DNA of 64,000 bases, from positions 24,676,001-24,740,000 of the forward strand of contig NC_092674.1 in assembly GCF_964355755.1 (NCBI RefSeq), read 5' to 3'. Source of the DNA: Antedon mediterranea. Taxonomy: Eukaryota > Animalia > Echinodermata. This document shows positions 39,143-53,300 of this stretch, one piece after another. Each line of letters opens with the position of its first letter. The first letter of the stretch is position 1. The notes beneath the pieces were generated by a model. The model worked only from the letters and a program-made list of their open reading frames with translations. It did no database searches and was not told the origin of the DNA. Made by a program: the position numbers and the translations under genes.

Positions 39143-41349
39143 TTAACTCCAGATTTTTACTTGTGTGAATGGGGTATTACTACAGAAAGCAGGTACTTGA
39201 GAAAAACATAGGGTTACGAGATTTTCTCATTGTAGTGCCTCTCAGATAACCTATGTATTACTTGATTCATAATAATAAAGTGGAAATGGGAAATGGTAAA
39301 AAAATCATGGTGAACAATTTTTTAAATATGGTGTTTATAAATTCCTTAATAGATAAATGGGAAATGTTAACTAATGAAAGTGTTCATTATCATATATTTA
39401 AATTAATGATTGAACATTTACAATTTATCTTTACAACTTTAACTTCTTTTGTTTTACCTTCTTTTCTTTTACCTTATCTTCATTTATATCTACAACAAAT
39501 GCTTTCTTTGTTCTTAATGTCTATATAAAACTTGATTTTAAATATGAATTATAAAGTGTCGATTAAATATTATAACTCAACAATGCTTTGGTATCTTCTC
39601 AACAATGCGTTGGTTGTGCTTGCATGTCTTTCCAATACATCTTTTTCATCCATTTAATTGGCTCCACACTAAATGTCTTCGCAGCTGAATGAACAAAAAA
39701 ACGTGCACATCATTAAAGATGTATAAGCGATTATAATGATATACACTCTTGCACTAATAACGTTTTATTACAATTACTACACCAATAGCAGTATATGAAA
39801 AGGTCTTCATACTGCATAAAAACGAGTCTTTGTAACTAGTGTCAGGTAAATTATGTCAATAATAGCATGGACCTATAAATTATAGGTCCATGGTAATAGC
39901 ATTCAGTATGTCAGTGAAATATAATTTGGTGGTGGAGGTTTAGCTTGATAAATCCTTTATCAAGTTTTATTATTCATAATAACTTTTCTTTTACTCTTGT
40001 ACATTTCATTCTGTATATTGTTCACATTTATTCATTTTCAGAATTATTTCTGGATGGTTTAGACTCTCGGTTTAAGCATTTACAGGACATTTGGAAATAA
40101 AAACCATTCACCTTGTAGTGTAATGAAAATTGCTAGCAATTGTAATAAGAGGCAGTTTCAAGGGGTGGAGCCCAGGCGGCCCGAGTCCTACCTAAAATTC
40201 TCAAATTGTAATCATTTTACTATTTTTAGGCCCTCCTTTTTTTTCAAAATCTTGGATCCGTCACTAATGATGATGACAATTACCCTGTGGATAACTATCC
40301 CAACCATTATCCTCTTTCCACCTCAATAGGGATAATATCCCAGGGGAATAAGGGCCTCTTCCTTTCATCCATCTATTTTTAAGTTCAACCAAAAATGATA
40401 GGAATAAAACGAAAATATTTTATTAACAATAGTAATAGCTGCCTTTTGTATAATCTAACCAAAATTATTTTTTTCTAAAGGGCTACAACCACAAGGCTCA
40501 AACTAGGTAGAAATTATGAAATTTCACTATTTGAAAATGTCAATAGAGTTGGCTATATCAAGTGTAACTAGGAACAACATTAAGAGTAAATATTAAACAG
40601 ATATGGCCAAATATTGACTAATTTCTGTTTAATTTAGTTTTTATGGATATGACATCAACAGTTCATTCATATCATAATTCCATACAGCTATGGTAACTAG
40701 ATATTTACTGTATTGAAAGCTATCAGATATCTAATGTTATCATCAATGGTAATTAATAGTTCATTTATAAACAACACTTAAGATATGAATATCAGATGCT
40801 AAATGGTAGATTATGTAAAATTCATCAATACTACATTAATTCTATGTTTCTAGATTATTTATTTCATTTTGAAGAATGATGGGTCTATCCAGTCATATAT
40901 AAGTTATATATAGTGTATAATTTATTACTTTAAATTTTTTAAATTTTATTTTAAATCAACTGACAGAGATGAAAACAGTAACAACATACCAAAATGACAA
41001 AATATTTAAAATTTGTTCACGATTTTAGACTTAAAAATATTTAAAGGGTAACAAAAAAATAAAATTATTATATGAATCGCACAAGCGCTTGAATAAACCT
41101 CTGTTAGTTACATTAATACGACCGAAAGGAGGATTACATTTTTATTAGATGTACCTTGACGTAGATATGAAAGAATTCAAACAAAAAATGTCCATGTATA
41201 ATAAATAGGGTGTCTACTATCAGTAATAGGGTGTCTACTATCAGTTTCAGTCAGAACTGACTGAAACTGATAGTACAGTAGTATTAAAACATATATGTTT
41301 GTTTCAACGAAAAGTATTCACTTAATAGGGGACGGGTGTACCTGATTAA

Positions 41350-42305
41350 AGGCCTATTTACACTAGGGCAATAATGATCGACGATAAATAGAGAAATATG
41401 CATTTTTCATACCTGAAAGTTTTCATCCTAGAACTATAGGATAACCATCTATGCTTCCTTTGATGAAAATTATATTTTCACTCGTCCAATCAAATGATCA
41501 TGATCGGTAACAACAATAATAATGTGAGTGGTTTCCGAGAAATATGAGTACGCATAGTATGGCCTTACGGAAAAGTAATACACACCGGGTCCCCAAAAAT
41601 AAGACAAATAGATATGGAAACAGTGCATTCCCGTTTCTCACTCGCTGCCTCAACAGTATTGATTAAATAATAAAAGAAAATAAATGTATAATGTAACAAA
41701 ATATTAATTAATTTGACATATTGGCCTAGTAGAAATTTCTGAATTTGACTCAATTTATTCTTAATTCTCATTTAATTTTGTATTTTATGTTTTTGTAAAT
41801 GTATAATTGTAATTATTTAATTGTCTGAAGTCGACTGATGTAAACCTTAATTAAGAAATCAATGTAAATACTGCAACTTAAATTTAAGATTATATTTTTA
41901 TACTGTAATTAAGTAATAATGTATATACTATATCCTTGCAATAAGACTATATTTTTAAAACTTTATGTTTACATTTTCATATATTTTGTAATTGCGATAA
42001 TTTTGTTTAATGATGACTCTTACTTTACTTGTCTTTTGAATGTATATTGTCCCTTACCATGCAATTCAGCAGATTTGCTGCCAATTGGTTTGTTTTTAAT
42101 AAAGAAAGAAAGAAAGAAATATTACAACGATTTTATTGTTTTTATTTATCATGTCGTCATTAGATTGGATTTTTTAAAATATCATTTTTATCAAAGACAG
42201 CATAAATGATTATCCTATAGTTATAGAACAAAAACTTTTTTAATTTCTTTTTTTATGTAAGAAAATGTATGTTAATCTATTTATCGTCCTAGTGTAAATG
42301 GGCCT
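41350..42305. mobile_element. Non-autonomous PIF/Harbinger element, TAA TSD
   Basis: TAA|AGGCCTATTTACACTAGG ... CCTAGTGTAAATGGGCCT|TAA; longer imperfect subterminal inverted repeats. Confidence 0.8.
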
Positions 42306-44342
42306 TAAGGGTGTACCCTGAATGTGGTTTTTCTTGGAGAAGTTCTACTGTATCACTAATCAGGGATTTATAGACCCCATCAACAGTATCCAGCTACAAG
42401 TACGAAATATTTATTTCAATATGTTGTAGTTTTTTATATCAAGAGGCATATATTTGAATATGTTACCCTATTTATATATTTTCCTGGTATTATTAAGAGG
42501 TGTCATGTTTAATCAAATAGATATATCGGAGAATAGATTTATCAGGTTTGTTTTAAATCCAGATAATAAATATTAATTTATCAAAACCAAGTTGATAGAT
42601 ATATGGTACATATGTACAGGGTCAACAAAATGATAAGATTATACAGATATTGATTAAATATTATTTCTTTTTTTATTTGATTTTTGGGTTCGTTTATTTG
42701 ATTGTTTCGTTTCGTTCCAAGACCTAGGTGGTCGTAGGGGTGTAGCAGACGAGATACAGTACTTATGATACCGCTTTTGTCGCTGGTGTGTGACAGTGGC
42801 TGTGTGTGGACTAGTACAACGGGGTAACCCCCTACTCGTCTGAAACGCTGTACTAGGTTCTTTATAGTTTATAGTCCTTATCCGAGAAGACTGAGTGTAG
42901 AACTGTTGGTAGGTTTTTTTTAACAACTAATAAACAATTCAAAAGTATTATTTACATATCATATTCATATTTATTCATTTATTATACATCATGTTTTAAC
43001 ATTAGAGGTAGTTCTCTCACAAATTACAGACCATTGTACTGCCATTTTAATAATCATTTATCAAATTAAGAGATCTTATGTTTTTATAGTCTACTGTACA
43101 AAGCAGTCAATAACATTTTTATATTATTATTTACGATCACAAAAACTGACAATCAATCAAGTAAACAATACATTTATCTGAGAATAATCAACATTAAAAC
43201 GTTCGTTTGTATAAAGTTAAAAGTAACTTAAAATTGATTATACACATTTTAAAGCATTCAATTTGAGAATAAAAACATTTAAAATAATGAAACAGGTTTA
43301 ATATTATACTAAATAACATTGACGTTCAGAATTATTGTATTGTATTTGAGAATTTTCAAATTCAATCTGGTAGTCAGGACTCTAGACTATGTTACATTTT
43401 TCGTTTACAATATGTTGTGTACAGAATTTGTTGTGTGAATGGTTGAATTCTAAAACACTAACTGGCCACCTGACCAAATTCCAAGCTCCAAATGTGAACA
43501 CAGCTTTAACAATCACCCACACTTTCTATTTATAATTTAAAAACAAAAACACCTTATTTTCGAATATAGTCTTTACAATTTTTTTAATAGACTGGAACCC
43601 CTCCTTTTGGACATCCCTATTCAGGCGACACCACAATTAAGGGGACACCCCAATTAAGGGGACAATTTTCTTTTCTTTTTGTACATAAGTTGGGGCCCAC
43701 AATATTCATTAGTCATACCCATAAGGTGTGACGTAAGAATTGATCCAACATACAATGCACTACTGCAAATGCTTTCTGTTGAGTTATATGTGTAGTCGAG
43801 TTGATAAGACTATGGACTTTACATGTCAATGTATGCCGGGGTTCGAATCCCATGATCAACTTCTTTTTAATTTATAGTGAGAGAGAGATTATTTAGAGGG
43901 TTAGGTTTAGTTATATTTACGAAGTAGTTTGGCTTTCTTTCACGTAAGGGGTCCCGAACGAAAAAAAAAAATTCACGTCCCCTTAATTGAGGTTCCACTG
44001 TAATATATCATCATTCTCAGGTGTTTGTTTTTCATTGGTTTAACCTATTTCGTATCATAAGTAATATAAGTGGATGTTATGGTATTAGTAGATTTAGGAT
44101 TCAAGTCGCCTATAAGCTCACTAGTAACAAAATCTGTTTTCGATTTCAACAGTAGCCTGTAGGCTGGTAATGTATATAGCTGGGTTCATAGACACGAGAT
44201 AAATGGAAAAGTACAGTAAGCAAATTAATGATGCATCCAGGTATTATTAAAATGACCTTTGAACTGTAGACAGACTGTAGGTTTACTGAGCTGCATGTCA
44301 GGTCTTAACTAGTCTTAACTTCTGTCTACACTATCACACTTT

Positions 44343-44655
44343 ATATAACACCTATATAAATTCCTGTCATTTGATTGGACGAATGTGGGTCACATGGCGT
44401 GCAATAGTACGCACTATTCAACAATCGTTAAATAGTACTTTTTGAAACATTTTTGTGTACGAAAAAAAAACGTCTAGATGTTATATAAAACAAATAATGA
44501 ATGTTTTGTATTCGTGTAATGGTACAAATAATGGCACTTGGTGAATGATGAAAGGTTATATCAACTCGGCTTTGCCTCGTTGATATAACCTTTCATCATT
44601 CACCTCGTGCCATTATTTGTACCATTGCACTCATAAACATTCATTATTTGTATAT
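44343..44655. mobile_element. Hairpin-ended non-autonomous element (Crypton-like) nested in the 165-bp MITE
   Basis: ~72-bp-arm inverted repeat 44491-44650 around ctcggctttgcctcg; partial copy at ~49633-49695. Confidence 0.55.
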
Positions 44656-47600
44656 TATGTGACAAAAAGTGTGATGTGGCCATTTATGGTAGTGATATGC
44701 CAAAATATGGTAGTAATTTGACATCATCATGTCCACATATGAGCACATCCCATTTTGTTTGATAGTGTACAGCTTAAATTTGTTTAAATCTAAAAAAAAA
44801 ATACTAAAAAGAATTCTAAAGATGTTTGTAAATGAAATATAAAAGAATTAATAAAAAAACTGTATCATTTAAAAAGATGTATTGTCCCCAAAAACATGAA
44901 AAATGAAGATTAATTAAATTAGACTTTTGTAAAAAAAAACCTGAAAAAAATAATGTTTTCACTTATAAAATCACAAAATGGTTAAATTCAACCAAAAATC
45001 CATTGGCTGGCAGCCAATTTGACTATGTTTTGCTTTAAATCACAGTTTTTTTCAGGTAAATACATTTTTTTTAATCTACTTTTTGCTCAAAATTATGTGA
45101 CATTAAAATGGCATATACAACAGACAAACAACAAAATGTTTAATAATTATTTTTTCAGGGGAGATCTTTAAATAAAAGTATACCCAAACACATTTTTTAC
45201 TGTACCCGCGTAATGCCCAGTAGCAGCTAATTCTAAAGTTGTTGTATTTAAACAATTTATGATTACAGATAATACTATATCTAGGGTAGCCATCATAATA
45301 AATAATGTATGGTAGTAGGCTCAATATTAGTGACGCTGTGCTACATGTTGACATTGTCTTGCAAATTGTTGTTCTGTTACTGTTTTGTTATGGTTATTGG
45401 TTGGTATTTTGGTGAGATTAAAAATCCATATAAACAATCACATTCTCACTCCTGAGCATATTGATCGAAACGTCGAGAAACTCAACAGTTCTCTTCAGAA
45501 CTAATATATGTGGTGTACCACAAACTTATATCAACAATCACATTTAAATCAATCGTTTGGTTTTCTCCATTGTTAAATGTAATACATGCAAATGCAAATA
45601 TTTATCAATATTTACTGAGGGGTCGATAAATATAAGGGGATTGTTTGAAAGTTTTTTTCTAGTTGACATGTTTGGAGTGTTGATTGAAGAACAATGGTTC
45701 TGCTGATAAGAGGCGGGGGGGGGGGGGGGGGGGGGGGGGAGGGGGGGGAGATCCAGGATTTGTCAAACATATTCTGTCAAATATAGATATCAAAAAGTAG
45801 TTCATAATTTTATTGGCGTTTACTGACTCAAGAAAAATTAACCGATAATTATCTCATTCAAATCAGATAATTATCGGATAAATGCGATCAAATTGCGATG
45901 TGATTGGACATCTGGTTATTTGGTAATAATAATGGTAATAATTATTGGTTAAAAAATGAAGCGATAATTTTGTTTTGGTTGCTGCAACACGGCCCTAGTT
46001 GTCAAAAAATAGGAGCGCACACCTCAAGCGCATCACGACTTGATCCGTCTCTGAGAGGAGTGACTCTGATGGATTTGGGTGAGCTTGTCTTGGAGGTAAG
46101 AGATGTTGAGCAATGCCTTTATACCAGAATGCCATACCTGGTTCCACAGTTGAGGCTTAGATGGATTCAAGCCAATTAAATCATTCACACAAACCTATCT
46201 GAGAGGTGGTGTTGTTCATAACAGAGTGCAACCTAGCAGCAGACCCATAAATGCTGTTCAAGTAGACACTTCTACAAGAAAAATAACAATGCTTAACGCT
46301 AGATTCAGTACATAATGTAAACATTCAATGACTTGGCTAACAATACAAGTAGAGAGGCAGTTATTGATTGTAGAGAGAGTGAGACTCAGTCTCAGCACTA
46401 AAGGATTTTGAATGTTGTTTGAGGAGGCTTTTAAGTTCAAGAACTGCCAGGTATAAAATAATAGTATTAGTGGGCAGGCAGGTTAAGTTAATAACTGCCA
46501 TTCTTTTTTCCAGTGTTTTACAATGAAGTAAGGTTATTATTATTATTACTCCATGCTCTAAATAGCAAAATTAAAACTGTTTTAGCCTATAGTCCTGTTA
46601 TTTGTAATTTTTTGTATATATACCGCAAACATTAAATATGTATGTCCCCCATAAACATAAAAAATGAAGAATAATAACTTCCAGTCAATTAGATTATTTT
46701 TGCATTCAATTACAGCTTTTTCAGGTAAATAATTTTTTTTTTCCAGAGGGACAATACATTTTTAAATACAAAAAAAAATTGTAATGGATTTTTATTTTCA
46801 TGGTAGAAAACTTGTTAAAAGAAAACTAAAATATGAGCACTAGATTCCCTTTATTTGCATTCTTTTGTAGTTTGAAATCTGTAGATATGATTTATTCAAT
46901 TTAAATGTACATAATTATTGATTGTACTGTATGACAATAGGTTTTCATTTACATTGAAAGTAATTTGTACAGATACAAGTCCTTGGATGGAGCTATACCA
47001 ATAAATGACACGTAGTTCAAGTACTATCCATGTATATTGCAAACATATTAATTTAAATTTATCAAGTTATTTTATTACTTTTATGAAACTAGTTAAATTA
47101 GTATGTTAACTAGCAAAATTAGAGTCACCCCTTGATGAAATGGAATATGCCATACTAAGAGAGGGTAGTTTAGAATTCTGATATTTTACATCTCTCTAAA
47201 TAAATAAAAATACTTAAATTTTTTTTTTATTTGAACCATATTTAATGAGGATGATCCATCTAGCAATTGCTTATCATTTGGGACCCTCAGAACAGATACA
47301 ATACACAAAATACAACAACAAACAAAATCCTATAATAAAATAAATTACATGGGAATATAAAATCTGAATAACAATTTGGAATATAGTAAATAACTGATAT
47401 ATTAAATTAAGAAAAAATAATAAATATATACACTTAGATGTAATATTTTTGGAGAAAAGCCATAAGTCTAGTTTTAAATGAGGAAAAAGTTAAGGAATTG
47501 GGGATAGATAGAAGATCATCTGCCTAAAGGAAAAGTGATCTAACACAGTAACAGTGATAACTAATGGTTCTGAAATACAGCTTTTTGTAAAACAATTAGA

Positions 47601-48384
47601 ATTTTTCTACCCAGGTTGATACTTGTTTGAAACTAATACTTTACTTTACAACAGTAACTGTGTTATAAAATAACTAATTCGTGCGAGTATTTAACTTTTA
47701 GCCTCACAAAAATAGTCAATCTTTCATTTCATGAAATAACCTCACCATAAAAGTCATAAACATTCATTAAATTAATATTAAAATAAAAGGAAGAATGATT
47801 GGATGGATAGTTTAGCAATGAAGTGAGATTTCATCAAGGAAGAATAGATATCAAAGCAGTCTCACTGATGAATAATGCTACAATTGTTACTGGTACAATA
47901 TCAATGATTATTGTTTTTATTGTTTTTCTATTTTCTTTTTAAAACAATGACCAAATCCTTGAGGAAGGGAGCCACACACAGATAAACTGAAATTTATCGA
48001 GAGAGCATATCATATCATCAATGGCCAAGCAGTTAAGACACTAGCCATAGCCTTATGGCAACGGTTTGAGGCCCACTCGCTCCACGGTTCTGGTGGTTTG
48101 TAGAATGAGTCTTCTCGGAAAAGGACTATAAACTGTAGGTCCAGTGTACACAAAAGGCTCATGTGCACTTTTGAAATAGGAGGTTACCACCGGTGCACTA
48201 GCTCACACAGCCACTGTCATGGACAAACAAAATAACATCACACTTGGCAGCACCAATATGACGTTACCCTTAAGCTCTGTCTACACTTTCAAACCTATGT
48301 GACAAAAAATGTGATGTGCCCATATATGGACATGATGATGTCATTCACTACCATATTTGAGCACATCACACTTTTTTTTGTCAA

Positions 48385-48770
48385 ACTAGATTAGTTTAGT
48401 TTAGTTATAATGGGAAAGTTTAGGCATGTGCCTTTTTAACCCCATATCAACTACATTGTGTCGATGCGATTCTTGAAGGTGTTACTGGTCTCAGAATTAA
48501 CAACGTCAGCTGGTAAACTGTTCCAATGGTTTATTACTCGTTGCGAGAAGGTATGTCTTCTACAGTTCAATCCTTTATGGAAAATAGGCTTGAAAAATCT
48601 CAGGTGATGTCCTCGAGTAATTCTGCTAATGTTACTTCTCATTTGGAAAAAGTCATCCTTGGCTACACCCTCGAAATCTTTAACAATTTTATATGCTTCA
48701 ATCAGGTCACCTCGAATTTTTCTGTCGTACAAGGTTGTTAGGCCAAGAAGCTTTAGTCGATCTTCATGAA
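48385..48770 (-). mobile_element. 5'-truncated CR1-clade LINE 3' end inserted into a MITE
   Basis: RGDLIEAYKI..TRGHHLRFFKP..FSQRVINHWNSLPADVV..FKNRID is a typical CR1 ORF2 C-terminus; short (CTAAA)n tail; MITE halves on both sides. Confidence 0.85.
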
Positions 48771-49808
48771 TATGAACGGATACATGGAACTAATGATTGA
48801 TAGTGTAGTCGACAGTGCTTTGAGACGACATTGCACTATATACTTACAAATTTACTTGGCTACTCAAAGTTTGCAAATGGGTTGTATGGTTATAAAACAA
48901 TAATGTTTTATATCACCAACAACCAACTCAAATTTCATATTCAAATTTTGTAAACGTGACATTGACAATAAAGATAATCTTATTTTATCTTATTTAAACA
49001 CCATGGATTTAGAGCTGAAAAGCACAAATCTAAATAATGGATAAATTTTCTATAAAAATAAATAATGCCTTGGTTTTCTTGGTGGTAGCTGTTAATTCAT
49101 AGTAAACGATTATAATGGTGGGGTACCTACATTTTTACTTAATTAATGCATCATATAGCATTATCGCAAGTGTTCTTTGTTCAATTGTTTATCAGTGTAC
49201 TGTATTTGAAATCATAGCTGTTAATATTATTTAAAAAAAAATAAACTAAAATCTAGACATAACTACAAACATGATATATACTATATTATCAGGAGTAAAC
49301 CGTCCTTGAACAAACAAATCTATAACTTAGGCGCTTGCCATATGATTGTTTGTTACCTACGTTCCTCGTTGTTTTATCATGCTAATTACTTCCTCATTTA
49401 CATACAACCTGTCCTATTGGTATATAAGTACTCTAGGCTTTGTTTTCTGTTCTGATGATGACAATAGTTTCTCGGCAGTTTTCCTATTCATTAAATGTCT
49501 CACTATACAGTTTAGTTATTTTAACTCGAAAGTTCTGTGGAATCAGTCATGATTTATCTAACTATATTATCTCTATGCTACAAATAACTATTTATACACA
49601 ATGCATGGATGTGATATTCTTGGACTCCTGGAAATATAACCTTTCATCATTCACCTCATGCAATTATTTGTACCATTCCACTCATAAACATTAAATAATA
49701 CAAGTACTATTGAAGTGTGACTATTCAATGACATGGCACAACTTTTTGTAAGAATGTTGATTTTTTCAATGGTAAAGCTCTATTTTGGCGGACAGCTTAT
49801 TACAACAA

Positions 49809-50306
49809 TAGAGAGGTTTTGCAATCTTACGAATACGATAACGAAAACGGATACGTCAGGCACACATATTCGTTTTTCGTAAGCCAGTAAAAATCTGTTT
49901 CGCATGGCAACGAAATATTTAGGGCACCATCCAAAATATGACTGTGGTAAATTTGAGCGAAGAGCAGGTACGTGTTGCTTGGTGCTTGGCTGCCTAGGCC
50001 TAGCGTAACATCAAAGCGAGTAAGGACTTTAAAAACTGCTATTTATCAAAATTGACCTGGCTTTTTAGTAAATTACCTTATTAAATTACTTTCAATAAAT
50101 TTATAATTATATTATAATCATAAATCATTCCTGATTCAAATGCAAAATGTGCAAAATAGATTAAAAACTATACTTTTTTTGTAGTTACGAATATGACTGG
50201 TGATATTTGTCAACACGAATACGCTTTACGAATATGAAAAAGTTTCAAAAGTTTCACAAATGTGTGACGTATCCGTATTCGTAAGGTTTGTTTCGAAACC
50301 TCCCTA
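49809..50306. mobile_element. Non-autonomous TIR element
   Basis: tagagaggttttgcaatcttacgaatacg.. / ..cgtattcgtaaggtttgtttcgaaacctcccta. Confidence 0.65.
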
Positions 50307-53300
50307 ATATTGAATTTGTTTTTCGTAATTTTTAGTCAATGTTGAATGGACTAAATTTCCTATCAATTGTTTGTAATACAAGTGAAAAAAAAAAGCCTAA
50401 TTGAGATTCCATTACATTCACACTCAAATACAAAACAAGAAATCTTTTAAAGTGACTAATAAATAACCAAATACACTGTAATATGGGCATACAGGGATTT
50501 GTTGTTATTGTACATTTCAATAAAGAAACCCATAATTTTATATTTACCAGTACTATACACTTCACATTTAATTACATTAAACGTTTGTGTACCTGCTTCA
50601 CATCAGTTTGATGTTTATACTATATCAGTCGATGGAGTGGTTTTCAATTTATATTTCAAGATAACGTAGAACAAACTAATTGATCCAACAAGATCTTATT
50701 TCTAAATAAATACTATCAATCAGCACAGTCAGCATGCAAACATTAATTTATTAATTCAAATTCTGCTGTTTATTAAATATTCAAGTCAAAATGATTATAC
50801 TGCAGTTACTGCATATAAAGACCGAGAAAAAGACCAATGTATTCAAGCCCTTCCCAATGGCATAAACGCTATGAGCCCTCACTGGCTAAAATTTATTTTT
50901 TATTTATTTATTCAACTTCTCACTAACACTGTTAGTGAAGGATCGGGACCAACAGGTGGTAAACACCTCTAAAACGGCCCAGTCCCAATTGCACAGTTTC
51001 TGTGTGTGACAGTGGCTGTGTTTGTGTAGACTAGTCCACCGGGGTAGCCCCCTACTCGTCTCGAAAGATGTACTAGGTTCTTTAAAGTGCACATGAGCTA
51101 TGTGTACACTGGACCTACGGTTTATAGTCCTTATCCGAGAAGACTCGTTCTACCACCAGAACCATGGAGCGAGTGAGCCTCGAACCCTTGCCGATGTTAT
51201 GGCTACGTAATTACGGTTCCACTGTCTTAGCCGCTCGGCCACTCACTCACTCTGAAAGCTAGGGGCACGGAGCTTACTGCTCAGAGGAAAAAAACAGCCA
51301 TTGATTTATGTCAAAAGGCCAAGACCACCAGCGTTAGAGGACCTCTGTGTAATGGAACTAGCCCTACAGAATCAGATGATTTGTAGCTTGGATTCGTCCG
51401 CATGATGATTTTCTTTAAATGTTATTTAATTTTGTTTAACACAAAAATTAATTATATGTCGCGACTTGACAAAAATAACGGTTATATAAAAGTAAAGCTC
51501 TGTCTACACTATCAATCTAATTTGAAAAAAAATGTGATGTGCCCAAAAATGGTAGAGATACGACATCCTCATGTCCATATATGGGCACATCACATTTTTT
51601 TGACACATAAGGTTTGATAGTGTAGACAGAACGTCAGAAATAAAGGCACATCAGCTTTAAAGGTTAAGTTCTCTATATTGATGACATTTTAAACACAATT
51701 TACTTTTTTGGTAATCATACATACAATGACACATGGAGTACTTTACTGTTTATTTCAATGCCCAATAAAACTAAAAAAACTATAAAACTAAAATCAATAC
51801 ATTAATTGCAGTAGCTGCAATATTCATGTTGACATAGAGACTAAAGTAATACAATTAGTAGTATGGAATAATTTAAGTCAATCCTTACTAAATACTAATA
51901 ACTTAAATACATTCAAATCCAAATATAAACAATTCCTTTTATCACAATACAGATCGTATTAATAAAACTTTTTCATCAAACTTTTTTTTGTCTCACCTAC
52001 TGCAAGTATATATGATAGTACATATACTATACCCTTTACGTGTGTCCTCTTGTTGTGTTTGTATAGTCCTGTAGCGTAATTGTGTATAAAAAAAATTTAA
52101 AAAATATATATATATATAATATTATTTCTACTACTTTAATTAATATTTAATTATTGTCTATTGTAATTGATACAATTATTAGTGTATTTTGTACTGGTGA
52201 AACCAGGCTTAAAGCTCTATATTGAGCTTATTTGGTCTTTTCCAGGCTTTGCATTTTTTTATTTAATACTTATTATGTAAAAATATTAAGTTTGATGCAT
52301 TGTGAAATAAAAACGAACGAACGAACGAACGAACGAACGAACAATGAATATTTTATTGTAGTTGTGTTTCTAAATGTTATTAAATTTCGAAGTCCTGTGT
52401 GAGTGAAGAGGGGTGGAGGAAGGCTAAACCTACATATTAACTTGAATCCTCCATTGATAATGATATATTTGCTTTAATACCCAACGCTGTTCTAGACAAA
52501 GTGTAACTTCTCGACATTGTATTAGATTTTCCTTTCTTATAATTGTACAGTGACTGTTTGTTTATACAAATGAATTATATGAGTACATTTTTAAATTGTA
52601 CTTCATTAATTTAGACAATGATATATATGGGATTACTTCCTCAAAAAAAGTTTCAAAAGTTTCACAAATGTGTGACGTATCCGTTTTCGTTATCGTATTC
52701 GTAAGATTTGTTTCGAAACCTCCCTAATATTGAATTTGTTTTTCGTAATTTTTAGTAAATGTTGAATGGACTAAATTTCCTATCAATTGTTTGTAATACA
52801 AGTGAAAAAAAAAAAGCCTAATTGAGATTCCATTACATTCACACTCAAATACAAAACAAGAAATCTTTTAAAGTGACTAATAAATAACCAAATACACTGT
52901 AATATGGGCATACAGGGATTTGTTGTTATTGTACATTTCAATAAAGAAACCCATAATTTTATATTTACCAGTACTATACACTTCACATTTAATTACATTA
53001 AACGTTTGTGTACCTGCTTCACATCAGTTTGATGTTTATAATATATCAGTCGATGGAGTGGTTTTCAATTTATATTTCAAGATAACGTAGAACAAACTAA
53101 TTGATCCAACAAGATCTTATTTCTAAATAAATACTATCAATCAGCACAGTCAGCATGCAAACATTAATTTATTAATTCAAATTCTGCTGTTTATTAAATA
53201 TTCAAGTCAAAATGATTATACTGCAGTTACTGCATATAAAGACCGAGAAAAAGACCAATGTATTCAAGCCCTTCCCAATGGCATAAACGCTATGAGCCCT

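Noticed and set aside
43788-43860. tRNA-like A/B boxes (GGTTCGAATCC)
   Set aside because: No full cloverleaf; decayed SINE or repeat head.
45904-46440. GC-richer segment with 91-aa and 60-aa ORFs
   Set aside because: No recognisable homology; candidate exon frames contain stops. Kept only as a possible non-coding exon.
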